A stretch of DNA of 64,000 bases from Andalucia godoyi And28 (taxonomy: Eukaryota > Protista > Jakobida): positions 202,795-266,794 of the forward strand of contig VRVR01000032.1 in assembly GCA_009859145.1 (NCBI GenBank). The letters are read 5' to 3'. Both the position numbers and the translations under genes were made by a program. The notes below the pieces were generated by a model that was not told where the DNA came from, did not search any database, and saw only the letters and a program-made list of their open reading frames with translations. Below are positions 1-11,046 of this stretch, piece after piece; the stretch's first letter is position 1; every line of letters starts with the position of its first letter.

Positions 1-2779
1 ACGCAGAAAAACTATCGGATCTTGCACTGTTCAGCCACGACGCAATCATCAAGGGTGTTGTGCCTCGAAGATTCACAAACACAGAAGAATCACCAATCGC
101 TTCATTCCACGATGCTCCGGGAACACCATGAAAAATAGAGTCGAACAGGTGTCCGTTAGAATCCTCAAGCGGCCGCAGAAGAAGACGAGACACGAATGGA
201 ACACCGTCTGAAGCGACACTGGCAGAAAACCAGGATGCGAATGAAGAAGGGAATCGCTTTTCAAGCACCGGCAGCGCATCGCGGATGTGATACCACTTGT
301 CCGCGTTGCCGAGCCACTCCCCAAACTGTGGTGCATGTGCCTCCAGGGACGCATCAAACTCCTCTGGCCATGCGGCTGGATACGTCCCAGCGCACATACA
401 AGCAAGGAGAACCTCGTCGGAACAAACCGCATCCTTTGAGGTGGAAAAGGCACGAAGAAGCATGTCGGACGACAGAACAAGTCGTGGGATCTCGTGCTTT
501 CCTGACAAGAACGCAAAAGCAAGGCAGTTCTGCAGATATGCATAGTCACAGAGTCCATAGATCGAGCCACTGAGTAAAAGGGAAGCAACCGCGGTGTTGA
601 ACCCAACACGCGCTGCTGCAATAGCCGGGATATCCCCGGAAGAATCCGCCTGCTGAAGAAGCACCAAAGCGCCGTTCGCACACTGTCTGTTGGCGTGCTC
701 AAGCAGCAAGCCAACAATACTGTGGACACTGCTCACTTGATCCGTGGGCACTCTGTCCCACAACACGCAGTGCAGGCAATTCTGATTCTTGGAATTGACA
801 GCAAACACATCGGCGCCATTCTCCAACAGCACCTTGACAACCCCGTAGTACGATTCTGCATCATCTGCAGGATCTCCGTCCATTTTCGAATACCTACTAA
901 CAGTCGATCCACGGGCGCATGCAACCAACAACGGGGGCGATGGAGGGGGTCCATAGCGCATTCGCATTCTGTGATTCCGATTCTCCGATTTGCTCGTCTT
1001 TGCCAGTACTGGAGCCACAAGATTGCGTTTTCCCCGTTTCATCACCAGATTCTCCACTGTCGCCAAACTTCCTTTTGCGCATGCAAGATCGAACATCGAC
1101 ATGTACTCATCTGCGTCCATGGGAGGCTTCATCGGAATGCTGCGGCTCAGTGGAATCTTTTCAAGCATCTCTGCAGTGGCACGCTCGTGCCCTTCTTCAA
1201 TCGAGCACCACAGAGGGTGCAATCCTGCATCATCAGCCAAGAGAGGGTCCGCGCCATGTGCCAACAGCAGCTGAACACACTCGAGGACGTTCTCTTCGAT
1301 CGTGTCCCATTCCTTGTCACCTCCGCAGTGAACTGCGGCAAGCAAGGCTGTCGCTCCTGAGTACAAGTACTCTGAGCTTTCTCCGGAGCATTCATGCAAC
1401 GCAATATGAACGTCAGCGCCAAATTCAAGAAGCACACGGACAACATCGGCACGCGCGGAAAACGCAGCAAGGACCAGCGGAGTCTCTCCGTATCCAGTCT
1501 CGCTGTTCACTGCTGCTTTGCCCTTTTCAATCAACAGTCGCGCAATCTTTCCGTTTGGCGCATTGTGAAGCGGATCATAAAACCCGCAGACGTCCTCTTC
1601 GTCCTCTTCGTCCTCTTCTTCCTCTTCGTCCTCTTCGTCCTCTTCGTCCTCTTCGTCCTCTTCGTCCTCTGCTTCTTCCTCTGCTTCTTCGTTGTCGCCC
1701 TCACCTTCGCCCCCATCACCCTCTTCTTCATTGTGCGGACCTGCCCCAACCTTGGCCTTCTTCCGTGGTCTTCGGCACTTGCGCGGTACAAATGCAGTGG
1801 CGCCCATGTCCAGCAGATAATCGATCCGATCATATTCGTCCTGCGCAATCTCACTGGTGGTGCGAGTATCAAATAAGTCTTCTTCACTTGCCTTAATGGC
1901 TCGAACGTCCACAAATCGAGGCACGGGAATGCTCATTTCTTCGATAATGTAGCGCGAGGTTGTCTTATCTTTCGCATAATCTACCAGCTGGTCGAGAGGG
2001 ACCACGAACTCATCACCCCATCGATTGACTCTTCCTCCGTTTTCTTTTGCAGCCCGCTTCGCGATGGACTCCAATGACCGCCAGTACTCGACCGTGAGTC
2101 CACTGTTCTGCAGCATCCTGAGCATGTCCACACGACCCCACTTCGCCGCATAGTGCAGCATCGAATGGCCAAGTCGCGCACGCTGCTTGACATCCGCGCC
2201 GCCAACATCCACCAGCTTCCTAAACATGACAGGGTCGTTTCGCTGCACAGCCCAAATCAACGGCGACCACATGTCGCTGAACAGCCGAAGTCCGTCGGGA
2301 TCGCTGTCAATGGCGATCTTCTCGCCACGCTTTACCGTATGAAGCAGTCCGCCCCCAGCTCCAGGCACGCAACGAGCGCCAGCATTCAGCAAAACATCAA
2401 TCGCGCTATGGCTGCCACGAGAACACGCTGTCCAAAGAGGCGTTCGCGCATCGCCTGTGGAGCTTCCGCTGCCTGAACTTGTGTACACAAAGCTCTGGTT
2501 CTGCTCATTCAGATCCGCGCCCTTTTGCAACATTTTCAAAACGAGATCGCCGCGATCCGCAGCTGACACCATGCACAGCGTCGTCACGCCACGAGCAGTT
2601 GTTCCGAACTCCACGGCTGGTGAATCCCCCGGAATTGCATCCAACCGACTCTCAAACTCGCTCCAATCCTCGTTCAGTGCAAGCTTTGCCCACTCGGACT
2701 CCACAGTCACTTTCTTTTCTTTGTCCTCAGAACCATGCTTCTCTCCAGCCGCGCTCTTCCGAGATGCACCGCCCTTCAT
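1..2779 (-). CDS. Ankyrin-repeat protein (at least 926 aa, 3' end beyond the window edge) with an acidic E/D tract
   Basis: Manual translation from ATG at 2779 (MKGGASRKS...) stays open to base 1, so it has no stop and is missing from the ORF track. Ankyrin-like repeats include TPLWTACSRG, SMLHYAAKWGRVDML, TPLVLAAFSARADVVRVLLEFGADV and VVKVLLENGADVFAVN. Confidence 0.85.
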   Translation of the reverse strand, partial: MKGGASRKSAAGEKHGSEDKEKKVTVESEWAKLALNEDWSEFESRLDAIPGDSPAVEFGTTARGVTTLCMVSAADRGDLVLKMLQKGADLNEQNQSFVYTSSGSGSSTGDARTPLWTACSRGSHSAIDVLLNAGARCVPGAGGGLLHTVKRGEKIAIDSDPDGLRLFSDMWSPLIWAVQRNDPVMFRKLVDVGGADVKQRARLGHSMLHYAAKWGRVDMLRMLQNSGLTVEYWRSLESIAKRAAKENGGRVNRWGDEFVVPLDQLVDYAKDKTTSRYIIEEMSIPVPRFVDVRAIKASEEDLFDTRTTSEIAQDEYDRIDYLLDMGATAFVPRKCRRPRKKAKVGAGPHNEEEGDGGEGEGDNEEAEEEAEDEEDEEDEEDEEDEEEEEDEEDEEDVCGFYDPLHNAPNGKIARLLIEKGKAAVNSETGYGETPLVLAAFSARADVVRVLLEFGADVHIALHECSGESSEYLYSGATALLAAVHCGGDKEWDTIEENVLECVQLLLAHGADPLLADDAGLHPLWCSIEEGHERATAEMLEKIPLSRSIPMKPPMDADEYMSMFDLACAKGSLATVENLVMKRGKRNLVAPVLAKTSKSENRNHRMRMRYGPPPSPPLLVACARGSTVSRYSKMDGDPADDAESYYGVVKVLLENGADVFAVNSKNQNCLHCVLWDRVPTDQVSSVHSIVGLLLEHANRQCANGALVLLQQADSSGDIPAIAAARVGFNTAVASLLLSGSIYGLCDYAYLQNCLAFAFLSGKHEIPRLVLSSDMLLRAFSTSKDAVCSDEVLLACMCAGTYPAAWPEEFDASLEAHAPQFGEWLGNADKWYHIRDALPVLEKRFPSSFASWFSASVASDGVPFVSRLLLRPLEDSNGHLFDSIFHGVPGASWNEAIGDSSVFVNLRGTTPLMIASWLNSARSDSFSA

Positions 2780-3022
2780 CGCGCACTCTTTCTCAATCTG
2801 CACTAAAAACCCTGCTGAAAACCCACAGGAAAAAGCAAGTCGGAAAATATCCTAAAGCCGGAAGTCGGGAATTGCAGAAGCCAAGAATGGACATCAGGCT
2901 GTGGGCAAAGCTTTTCCCATGCGGAATTTCCCCGCGCCGAATCCCCGACAAATGCAAGTCGTCTCTTTTCTGTTTTCTCCTTTTACAAAGAATGAAATAA
3001 ATACATTTCTCGATGTGTGTGA

Positions 3023-3370
3023 GCCGCTCGTCAAAACATGAAAATCATTATTGATCATCGGCTAAGCTGACACCAAAGACAGATTCAGTTTGGGGCGAGC
3101 ACCAGCTCTTCAATGCAGATTGTTCTGCATCAAAGGGTCATCGCTTCTTCTTGCTCTCCGCCTCCGACGAGAGGGGAATCAACAGGTTTCCTTGGTTCTC
3201 GGTGTCTTCGGGCATGGCCGGGTTTGAGTTTTTTGGGAAAGATCCCTCTCTGGAGCCATGAGATGCTTTGTTTTTGATGAAAAGTGCTGATTGAGGGTTC
3301 AATTAAAAATATTGAAAAACAGAAGATAATAGAAAGAAAGATAAAGAAGTGAAAGAATGAAGACATTCTG
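3023..3370 (-). repeat. Copy A of a ~350-bp dispersed repeat (copy B at 42071-42420, + strand)
   Basis: The reverse complement aligns end to end with 42071-42420 at an estimated 80-85% identity. Shared stretches include AATCTGCATTGAAGAGCTGGTGCTCGCCCC and GATTTTCATGTTTTG. Indels break the reading frame. Confidence 0.9.
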
Positions 3371-3493
3371 AAAAAGACATCTTTCTGCTGGTAAAAATAC
3401 TTCCGGTATGATATGATATTGCTTGATGTTCATGCACAAAACGACCAAGCAAACGAAATAACAATCCGGATTTTTGTTCGCTGAGCAACCCAA

Positions 3494-3687
3494 GGCTCGA
3501 GGCTGTTCAGGTGCTCGGCCGGATTGATCGCGACTGGAATCGTGTGGGCAACAACATTTATCTCAAGAAGGCTGGCAAGGCGTGCTGGGGCCTACCCTCT
3601 TCCCGTCCATGGCGATATGGCCCGGGTTGCAGCATTGATCACGCATGACTAGCGATGGCCATGCATAACTCAGTGTCCAATGTGGGC
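3494..3687 (+). mobile_element. TnpB/Fanzor2-like remnant A: C-terminal zinc-finger/RuvC-III fragment plus putative omegaRNA scaffold
   Basis: Across a frameshift it reads GSRLFRCSA-G / IDRDWN-RVG-NNIYLKKAGKACWGLP. The following ~90-nt tail is homologous to the tails at 19290-19383 and 33230-33310. Confidence 0.75.
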
Positions 3688-3718
3688 ACCTAAGGTGAGT
3701 GCGTATAGCCCGTTAGAG

Positions 3719-3766
3719 TTTACTACTACTACTACTACTACGATTATTATTATTATTATTATTATT
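3719..3766 (+). repeat. (TAC)n(TAT)n trinucleotide microsatellite
   Basis: Directly visible tandem repeat. Confidence 0.9.
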
Positions 3767-3814
3767 ACATCTTAAAGATCAGGAAAGGAATGGGAAGAGG
3801 GTGTGGCTGCAAGG

Positions 3815-4852
3815 CTATCCGAAGAAGCCAAGGCCGACGCAAGAAGGATAGTCGGTGACGGAGAATGGCGCGTCCCAGATGACCTGGGCCGAGTCGATGT
3901 CCAAAGCAACGACATGGCCATCGCCGACCGGAATGAAGTTTCCTACATAGCCGTAAAACACACGGTTGGAAAAGTCAAAGACCATCGAATTGTGCTCAGC
4001 TCCAAAGCTATAGTTGGACAGCAAGTCTCCGACGGCGGTCAAGTTTCCAGTCTTGACATCGACGATCGCGAGACCAATTCCGTTCCAAGACCCAAAGTCG
4101 GTGAACGAAACGACGTTACCGGTCTTTGGATCTACTCCAAGACCAAACGTTCGAACCCACGTGCGGCCGCCCGTGTACTGCCGAGGAGCGGTCAGTGTCA
4201 GCACGCCTTCTGACACGTTTTGCGGAACATTGAATTTGAACACATAGGTGTTCACAGTCATTGCCTGTTGGTCATAGTAGTTGGAAGTTATCAGCATAAC
4301 GTCATCCACCATGGTGCAAGCCATGTCGCGCCAGACCCATCCATAAGGAATCCTGCCGTCGCGCCCCACCTGCTCGGTCACACCCGTCGAAAGATGCGTT
4401 CTGAAAATCTCGAAATACGTAGACGCGACGCCCAGCACCGCATAGATGGAGTTCGAGACCGGATCGATGTGCGCACATTGCACGCCCAGCGGATTGAACT
4501 GCGAAATCGCGTACGAATACGCAACAGTGCCATCAAGCTTGTACCCGATCAGCCGACTGCCGCCCGGACTTGTCTGTGCAAGCGTGTACGCCCAGATGAG
4601 CGACGCCTTGTAGTCCGGCCGCATCGTCGAGACCTTTGCATTGATATACCCAACATTCGCATTGACAACCTTTGCAACAGGAGACCCCGGCCCGGACAGC
4701 GACACGTCAAAACGGCCGATGGTGCCATCACACTCGCAGCATGAGCAGGATGGATTTGAGAAGATGTTGTACAACGACACGGAGCCGGCGTTCGCCAACA
4801 CAGCACTTGTACACAACAAACCCACAAGCGCAAGCAGAACCAAGCAACGCAT
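3815..4852 (-). CDS. Secreted protein, 345 aa, possibly a beta-propeller
   Basis: N-terminal signal peptide MRCLVLLALVGLLCTSAVLA, a Cys cluster (SCSCCEC) and a beta-strand-rich repetitive body. No family recognised. Confidence 0.8.
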   Translation of the reverse strand: MRCLVLLALVGLLCTSAVLANAGSVSLYNIFSNPSCSCCECDGTIGRFDVSLSGPGSPVAKVVNANVGYINAKVSTMRPDYKASLIWAYTLAQTSPGGSRLIGYKLDGTVAYSYAISQFNPLGVQCAHIDPVSNSIYAVLGVASTYFEIFRTHLSTGVTEQVGRDGRIPYGWVWRDMACTMVDDVMLITSNYYDQQAMTVNTYVFKFNVPQNVSEGVLTLTAPRQYTGGRTWVRTFGLGVDPKTGNVVSFTDFGSWNGIGLAIVDVKTGNLTAVGDLLSNYSFGAEHNSMVFDFSNRVFYGYVGNFIPVGDGHVVALDIDSAQVIWDAPFSVTDYPSCVGLGFFG

Positions 4853-5437
4853 CTGCTCTTTCCTTTACGCCTTTTCTCTTTTTGATATTGTTTTTCCTGC
4901 TCTTGTTTTTGAAACAATGTTGCCAGAACTAACGGAAATAAATTCTGCGCACTTACGCTCGTCCAGTTTCCCTCCAGCGAATCGACCAGGCAGCGGCGGA
5001 GTGCGGACTGTCCCAGCTCGGCACCGAAGCCCTGTCGAGCGCCGAAATGCGATCTGGTTTTTCGAACTCCAAAATAGGCAGCCAACGTGTGTAAGAGCTG
5101 GACACCAAATCTGCACGAGCGGACAATACGAACCTCAAGCAAGATTCCGAATTCCCCGATTTCCCGATTTTGGCCGTCTCGGATCCATCATCGACAGACT
5201 CAAGTTTCATTTCCCTCTGAAAAGTCCGACAACCGAATGCCCTGACGAACCCAGAGCACGTGATTTCGTGATTTTGTGATCCATGACGCTGCAATATCCA
5301 GCATATGTTCCAGGACTCCAGCTACGCTTATTGTAGTAATTCATCATCGTACTATACAGAGTGGTTATTGAAGAAATAGAGAGGAGGAGCCGGGGAAGAC
5401 GGGGAAAAAAAAATATACAAGAAGAAAAACACGTAGA

Positions 5438-5968
5438 ATGGGATGCATCGTGACCAAGTTTGCATTTTTGCCACCGACTGCAACCTATGATCACAACTTG
5501 CGAGATTTAGTATATACGAAATCTGCAAATTTCGTCATTCCAATGCAGTATGTGCGTCTTCCAGGATCGATGTATACTGTTATGTATCTTCATGGGAACG
5601 CCGAGGACATCGGTCTCGCAGGCCCGTTTGCAAGCTCGATATCGTCGTATTGCGGCGTCAGCGTTCTGGCTCCCGAGTACCCTGGCTACGGTCTTTCCGG
5701 AAAACTCCCTCCGGGCTCCAAGTCTGCACCAAGCCGGAAAGCCGTCCAGAAAGACACGGCAAATCGCGAATCGTGGTCCGACCAAAGCCTCGTCACGATC
5801 GTCCCAGGTCAGCCACAGCCCCAACCACGACAGATACAGCTACAGTTACAGTCACAACAAGAGTCGCCACAAGAGCCTCACTCGGCGTCTGAATGCGATG
5901 CAGCGCCTATGCAAATGGCAGTGCCTCCAAGAGAATCTGCGCGGAAGCGTGCTGCCTCTTCTGCCTCT

Positions 5969-6027
<59 letters not shown>

Positions 6028-6940
6028 GGTGTATGTTCCTCCAGAACGGAAATCACCGGCGATTTCAGCGAATCAGCATGCAGCGGAGGGGCAGAGGAGC
6101 GGGACTAGCAATTCAGCATCACACACCAGATCTCGATCTGCGGCGCCGCTGATCTCAAGCAAGAAATGCAAGCCGTCGCAGTCCGCAACTTTCGAAGCTG
6201 CAGAGGCTGCGTTGGCGTATCTGGTGTCGGATCTGGGGATCCCGCTGTCAAGGATTATTCTGTATGGACGGTCCCTCGGGTCTGGCCCGGCGTGCTACCT
6301 TGCGTCACGGCATGCCCTTATTGGTGGACTGATTCTGCATGCGCCGATTGAGTCTGCAATCCGAGTGGTCGTGCCGGGGTCTGTTGCCGGATGCATGCGT
6401 CCATGTGATATCTTTGCAAACCACAGACGAGCAAAGGACATTGAGTGTCCGGTGCTTGTCATCCACGGAACCGAAGACGATATTGTGCCTTTCCAGCATG
6501 GCGTCCGACTTTCCAAGCGCATGTCCAATCCAGTCGATCCGTTGTGGTGTGAAGGCGCAAATCATAACGATGTGGAAGTTGTTTCGGGAGACTTGCTTGT
6601 CGGCAGGATCGTTCGATTCATCGACGAGGTCGATCAGCACCACCACGTTGCCAGCGATGTTGTTCTCGTCGACAACACCGCCGCTGCTATCTCCTCCACC
6701 ACTACTACTGCCACCACTGTTACTGCTGCCGCTTCGGCTTTAGCTTCTGCACCACCCGCGCCACCAATGTCGATGGTTACACCGCCAACATCTCCGGAAC
6801 GCCCGTCATTTGTTCGCAAGCAGTCCTACTCTTCCATCACTGCTACGCCAAACAGTGGCAGAAACAGCCCTTCGCGATCTGATCGGCCCACAGACTTTCG
6901 TCGACCCACAGATCCCCCAGTCTTACAGCGCGAGACCTAG
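5438..6940 (+). CDS. ABHD17: ABHD17-like alpha/beta hydrolase (depalmitoylase) with a Ser-rich insertion
   Basis: MGC N-terminus, FAFLPP, YLHGNAEDIG, EYPGYGLS, nucleophile motif GRSLG, VIHGTEDDIV and GANHND. Confidence 0.9.
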
Positions 6941-7032
6941 ATTAACCAACGAACATTAAAGCATTCCCGGTTCCTCTTGTACTGTGCGATGATTAAATAA
7001 TTTATGTTCATGGTGTGCACTGGATGAAGATT

Positions 7033-7710
7033 CTAGGAAACATTTAGCGAGTCCTTGTCCCGAATACCGTTTTCTGCAAAGGTCCGCATCACATTCACAG
7101 CGCGAGGCGGCACGCCTGGGATTCTGACTGCCACTGTGCCCAGAACGTCCGCAACAACGCAATCTGCAGTGACTACCATGTCAATCGTCTTTCCATCCGC
7201 ATACCGAACTCGAATGGACAACTTTGGGGGTGGCATTGCGGCTGATGCTGATGATCCTGCTGATGCTGCCGACAACTGCGTCCCGAGCGTCGAGACCTTT
7301 GAATCAATCGTATCTTGAAGTTCCGAATGAATCTGGTCGTTCCACAGCCGCAGATTTGCAATGTCGAATCCTGCGCATTCTCGCCACAGTTCGCCCGTCG
7401 TGCTCCTGAACAGCCGAACAAAAGGAAGCACCGACGGCTGCGCAAGTCTGTCCTGTGTTGTCGAACTACCAGGACTGCTGTACGCTGTCCTGAGATCGCT
7501 CGATTCAATCAGAAACACGTTCGCGACAGGCAGTATTGAATCGCGGAGATAGGACTCGTATGGTAATGGCATCTCCACGCGCTTGGCGCACGGGTCAAGG
7601 AACCCTGGCGTCACTACCGCCTCGGTCGCAGCAGCACAGATGTGGATAACCAGAAAGTACTGCTTGGTCGCCAATTCACGAGCCTCTGCGTACGTATGCA
7701 CTTTCTGCAT
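7033..7710 (-). CDS. Thioredoxin-like plus UBX/ubiquitin-like domain protein, 225 aa
   Basis: N-terminal thioredoxin-like fold (LPFVRLFRS..GE). C-terminal LSIRVRYADGKTI...TFAENGI resembles UBX/UBL. Confidence 0.6.
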   Translation of the reverse strand: MQKVHTYAEARELATKQYFLVIHICAAATEAVVTPGFLDPCAKRVEMPLPYESYLRDSILPVANVFLIESSDLRTAYSSPGSSTTQDRLAQPSVLPFVRLFRSTTGELWRECAGFDIANLRLWNDQIHSELQDTIDSKVSTLGTQLSAASAGSSASAAMPPPKLSIRVRYADGKTIDMVVTADCVVADVLGTVAVRIPGVPPRAVNVMRTFAENGIRDKDSLNVS

Positions 7711-8248
7711 TTTTGCTTTCTTTCTCTTTCTCTTTCTCTTTCTCTTCCTCTCTCCCTCTCCCTCTCCCTCTCCCTCTCTTTCAGCTTATTCTCTTCCGCA
7801 CTTCTCTGTTCGATTGGACGCAGCTCACACAATACGAGTTCTGCAAGGTGCCTGGTTCTGCAAGCAGTACGTGCTGGTTCTTTGAGTCGTTTGAGAAACG
7901 CATACAGTAGTTTCGTGCAAGAGGAATGCAACCCTCCAAGCCCAATCGTCTGTGAAAACATCATCGGACAGTATGGCTGAAGGGGTGCAGGTCGAGGCCC
8001 AATGAGAGACTCTGTCGAATATTGACAACCGATTCCTTGTAGTCGATGATGGGCGCGGATGCGGATTGTAAAAGCCACTTTTTACGCCAAAAACATCTTT
8101 CTGAAGCGCAGCACGCGAGCCAAATGTTTGGAGAGGTTTGGGTTGGATGATAGTACCGACAAGATGAAGGGTAGGAGACGCGCGTATTCCGTAGTGGTGC
8201 TTTTTTTACAAGAGGGGAGAAACTGTATTTATTATTAGGCAGAGATGG

Positions 8249-9505
8249 TTAGTATGGAAGAGGTGCGGTGATGCAGACGGATGCAACGAGTCCGTTTCGC
8301 ATGACTTCAAAGACGATGCCGTCGAACGCATAGAACCGGGTTTCTCCAAACGGATTCCGGGCACTTGTCGTCCCGTGCACCAACGGGCGTCCACCGATGT
8401 CTGCCTCTCTCTCCCTTCCCCTGTCCTTTTCTCGATCTCGCTCTCCGTGGGGCTCCGTGTCGGACAGCAGTGTCTGCACCTTTGCCCAGGAAGCATCGCC
8501 CGGGATGACGACTCCGTGAGCCCAGAGGACCTCGAACGGGCACTTGTGGTACCGATGAAACGCCGTGTGCATCGGCAAGTTTGCATGTGCAATGATCTTT
8601 CGCAGCACATAGCCCCCGCTCCCCGCCCCCGACGATGAAAACACAAGATCAAGACCGCGAGAATAGTAGTTGCAGACAAGATCGTGGGAGAAGACCGGCG
8701 CTCCGCGCGCGTGAATTTGCAGCTTATCAAACCCTTTCAGCAGGACATCGTCAGGCGGACCCATGCACTGCGGCTCCACAACCTGTTGCATCCCCCATCC
8801 AAACTGCGCAACGCCTGCAATCCCCACAAACAGCCGCAGACTCCACAAAGGCGCGGTGGAGAGGTATGGAAGCGCGCCGAGGTCGTCTGGTCGCGGAAGG
8901 ATCGCAAGCGACACTGCGCGCGGCGTCGTGCCATCCGGAAGTTCCAAGTCGCCGCGAAACGACCCTGCGTACTGTGACGGAACCTCGAACACCACTTGCA
9001 GCCCAGGCCATTCCAGCACGTACGAAGCACACGTGGCCGTAGCGGCGGAAGCAGCCGATGATGACGATGATGACGATGATGACGAGGAAAAAGAGCCGGG
9101 ATAAGTGGGCCCAAGGGCGGCGTAGAGTGAGGCGAGGGTCAGAGGCGTTGCGAGAAATCGCCCGGCGTACAGAAGTCTTTGCTTTGCGGGATTGGTCACG
9201 TCGATGCGGGTTGTGCGCTGCGACCGCGGATCCACGTGCACAACGAGCCCATCACCCGGCGCATGCAGCACATACGGATGCTCCAGCGGCGCACTCGGCT
9301 CATACACAAACTCCAGCGCACTCCCACCCCCACCCCCACCCCCGCCCCCGCCCCCGCTCCCACTCCCAAGCGCAGTCGTAGTCGACAGTGGACTTGGACT
9401 CGAGATCGAGCATAGGCGCAAAAGCAACGACAGCGTCGGGTTCAGCGGCGCATGCAGAGAAATCGGACCAAGCGATACTCCCGGTCTCAGTTCAAGCTGT
9501 AACAT
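8249..9505 (-). CDS. PHAF1: PHAF1/UPF0183 (C16orf70-like) protein
   Basis: Motifs MLQLELRPGVSLGP, CNYYSRGLDLVF, KIIAHANLPMH..F..Y.KCPF, NPFGETRFY and FEVMRNG..ASV. Confidence 0.85.
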   Translation of the reverse strand: MLQLELRPGVSLGPISLHAPLNPTLSLLLRLCSISSPSPLSTTTALGSGSGGGGGGGGGGGSALEFVYEPSAPLEHPYVLHAPGDGLVVHVDPRSQRTTRIDVTNPAKQRLLYAGRFLATPLTLASLYAALGPTYPGSFSSSSSSSSSSSAASAATATCASYVLEWPGLQVVFEVPSQYAGSFRGDLELPDGTTPRAVSLAILPRPDDLGALPYLSTAPLWSLRLFVGIAGVAQFGWGMQQVVEPQCMGPPDDVLLKGFDKLQIHARGAPVFSHDLVCNYYSRGLDLVFSSSGAGSGGYVLRKIIAHANLPMHTAFHRYHKCPFEVLWAHGVVIPGDASWAKVQTLLSDTEPHGERDREKDRGREREADIGGRPLVHGTTSARNPFGETRFYAFDGIVFEVMRNGLVASVCITAPLPY

Positions 9506-9993
9506 ACCCAGAAGAGAAAAAAAAGAAAAAAACCCAACTACCTTGGCAGACCCTCTCTTCGTGACTCTTCTTTTGTTGCAATAATATTTTTTAAAAAGTA
9601 ATAATAATACACTGATGGAGAAGCCCCCAAAGCGTCCTGAGTCGAATTAACCCTATTGAAACTTTAAAAGGGAAAACTGGCTTCAAGACGATTCGGTCTT
9701 CAAACAGCGGGCGGAAATTGCCCGATCGGAACTCTTTTGCCAAAAAAATAAATAAAATAAAAAACTGGCTGTAGACCGTAGTCGTCCTCTCGTTTCCCAA
9801 CCGTTTTCTCTTGCAGCAATCCTTTCTCCTAATCACGGTTCCACAGCCAGCATCAAAATGTCCAACAAAGCGTCAGAAGCAAAAATACAAAACAAACCAA
9901 AAGAAGAAGAAGAAGAAAAGAAAAAAAAAGCTCATAACATTAATCCTAGTCTGAGGTGAGGAAGTTCCACGTTTTTTTGCACGTTGAAAAAAA

Positions 9994-10887
9994 ATGGCAG
10001 CTGCGATTGATGGAGGGAATAGCAATAATGATGGTGGAGGTAGTAATGGTGGAGATGCAGGAGTGCTTCCGCGGCCGCCGGTTGTGAGTCGTCAGCAGCG
10101 TCCCAAGCGCACGCGTCCGCCCGTGAGCCGAGAGCCCTCGACTACGGCTGTTCCGCTCGTTGAGAAGAAGAAGAGCAGCAGTCGCGACGAGAGCAGCATG
10201 GAGGAGGAAGAGACGCCGGTGTCGACTCCTGCATCAACCCTGCCCATCCTTGCACCCACATTGTCTTCTCCAAGGCCAGTGCCAACGTCAGTGCCAACTG
10301 CGACTGCGAAGCCGACACCGGGCGAAGTGGCAACGGCAGTAGACGGAGAAGAACAAGAAGGAGAAGGAGCAGGCGCAGGACGGCTACAGCGGATGCTGGC
10401 TCCTGTGGTGCTTCTGCACTTCGGGATTTTAATGGTGTTTCCTGTTCTGGCGTTCGGCACTGGACCGGAGTTTTCACAGCCATCAACGTCGACGTCAACG
10501 TCGCCATATACGTCCATGGTGGTGTATGTGGGATCGGCGCTGCTGACGGTTCTGCTGGCCTTTGTGGCTTTCGCGTCGCGGTCCCGCCGGACTTGCATCG
10601 TCGACATTGTTGCTACAGCGGCTGTGCTCTCGTTTCACATTGTGATTGTGAGCATGCTGATGGCCAACGACCCCGATCTGTCCTCCTCCGCAAGCGACGC
10701 AGAGTTTGAACTGCCTTCCTCGTCTGCTTCCAGTCGACTCGTGCTGGTCGACGGGTATGCTGCGCTTGGCGTCGTCTGGGCCGAAATCGCCCTCTTGGGT
10801 GTCCATGTCTGCCTCTCCACTGCACATATGCTGGGCCCCCGCACCACCCCGTCTTTCAAACGAGTTGCATTCTCTCAAGTTGTCTAG
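9994..10887 (+). CDS. Membrane protein with about 4 TM helices and a disordered N-terminus
   Basis: 297-aa ATG ORF with four hydrophobic segments in the C-terminal half. Confidence 0.7.
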   Translation: MAAAIDGGNSNNDGGGSNGGDAGVLPRPPVVSRQQRPKRTRPPVSREPSTTAVPLVEKKKSSSRDESSMEEEETPVSTPASTLPILAPTLSSPRPVPTSVPTATAKPTPGEVATAVDGEEQEGEGAGAGRLQRMLAPVVLLHFGILMVFPVLAFGTGPEFSQPSTSTSTSPYTSMVVYVGSALLTVLLAFVAFASRSRRTCIVDIVATAAVLSFHIVIVSMLMANDPDLSSSASDAEFELPSSSASSRLVLVDGYAALGVVWAEIALLGVHVCLSTAHMLGPRTTPSFKRVAFSQVV

Positions 10888-11046
10888 TCATCAGTGTCAG
10901 TATCAGCGGCTTCGTGGGCGCATTGCTTCTTCTACCTTTTCTTTTTCTTCTTTGCTTTTTTACTTTTTTAATATTTGTACATAGTATGATTGTCGTTGCT
11001 GATGCTGATGCTGATGCCACTGTTGTTGGATGGCAGCGAATAAAAA

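Noticed and set aside
73-1914. Many overlapping track ORFs over the ankyrin gene, and similar antisense ORFs across the window
   Set aside because: They are shadow frames of real genes or translated microsatellites.
8050-8110. TGCGGATTG...GCCAAAAACATCTTTCTGAAG (CGL...AKNIFLK), resembling the Fanzor C-terminus
   Set aside because: No DRD motif, the spacing is wrong and no scaffold-like tail follows; probably chance.
9605-9660. Minus-strand ...GCTTTGGGGGCTTCTCCATCAGTGTATTA, echoing the remnant tails
   Set aside because: The matches are short and both hairpins are absent.
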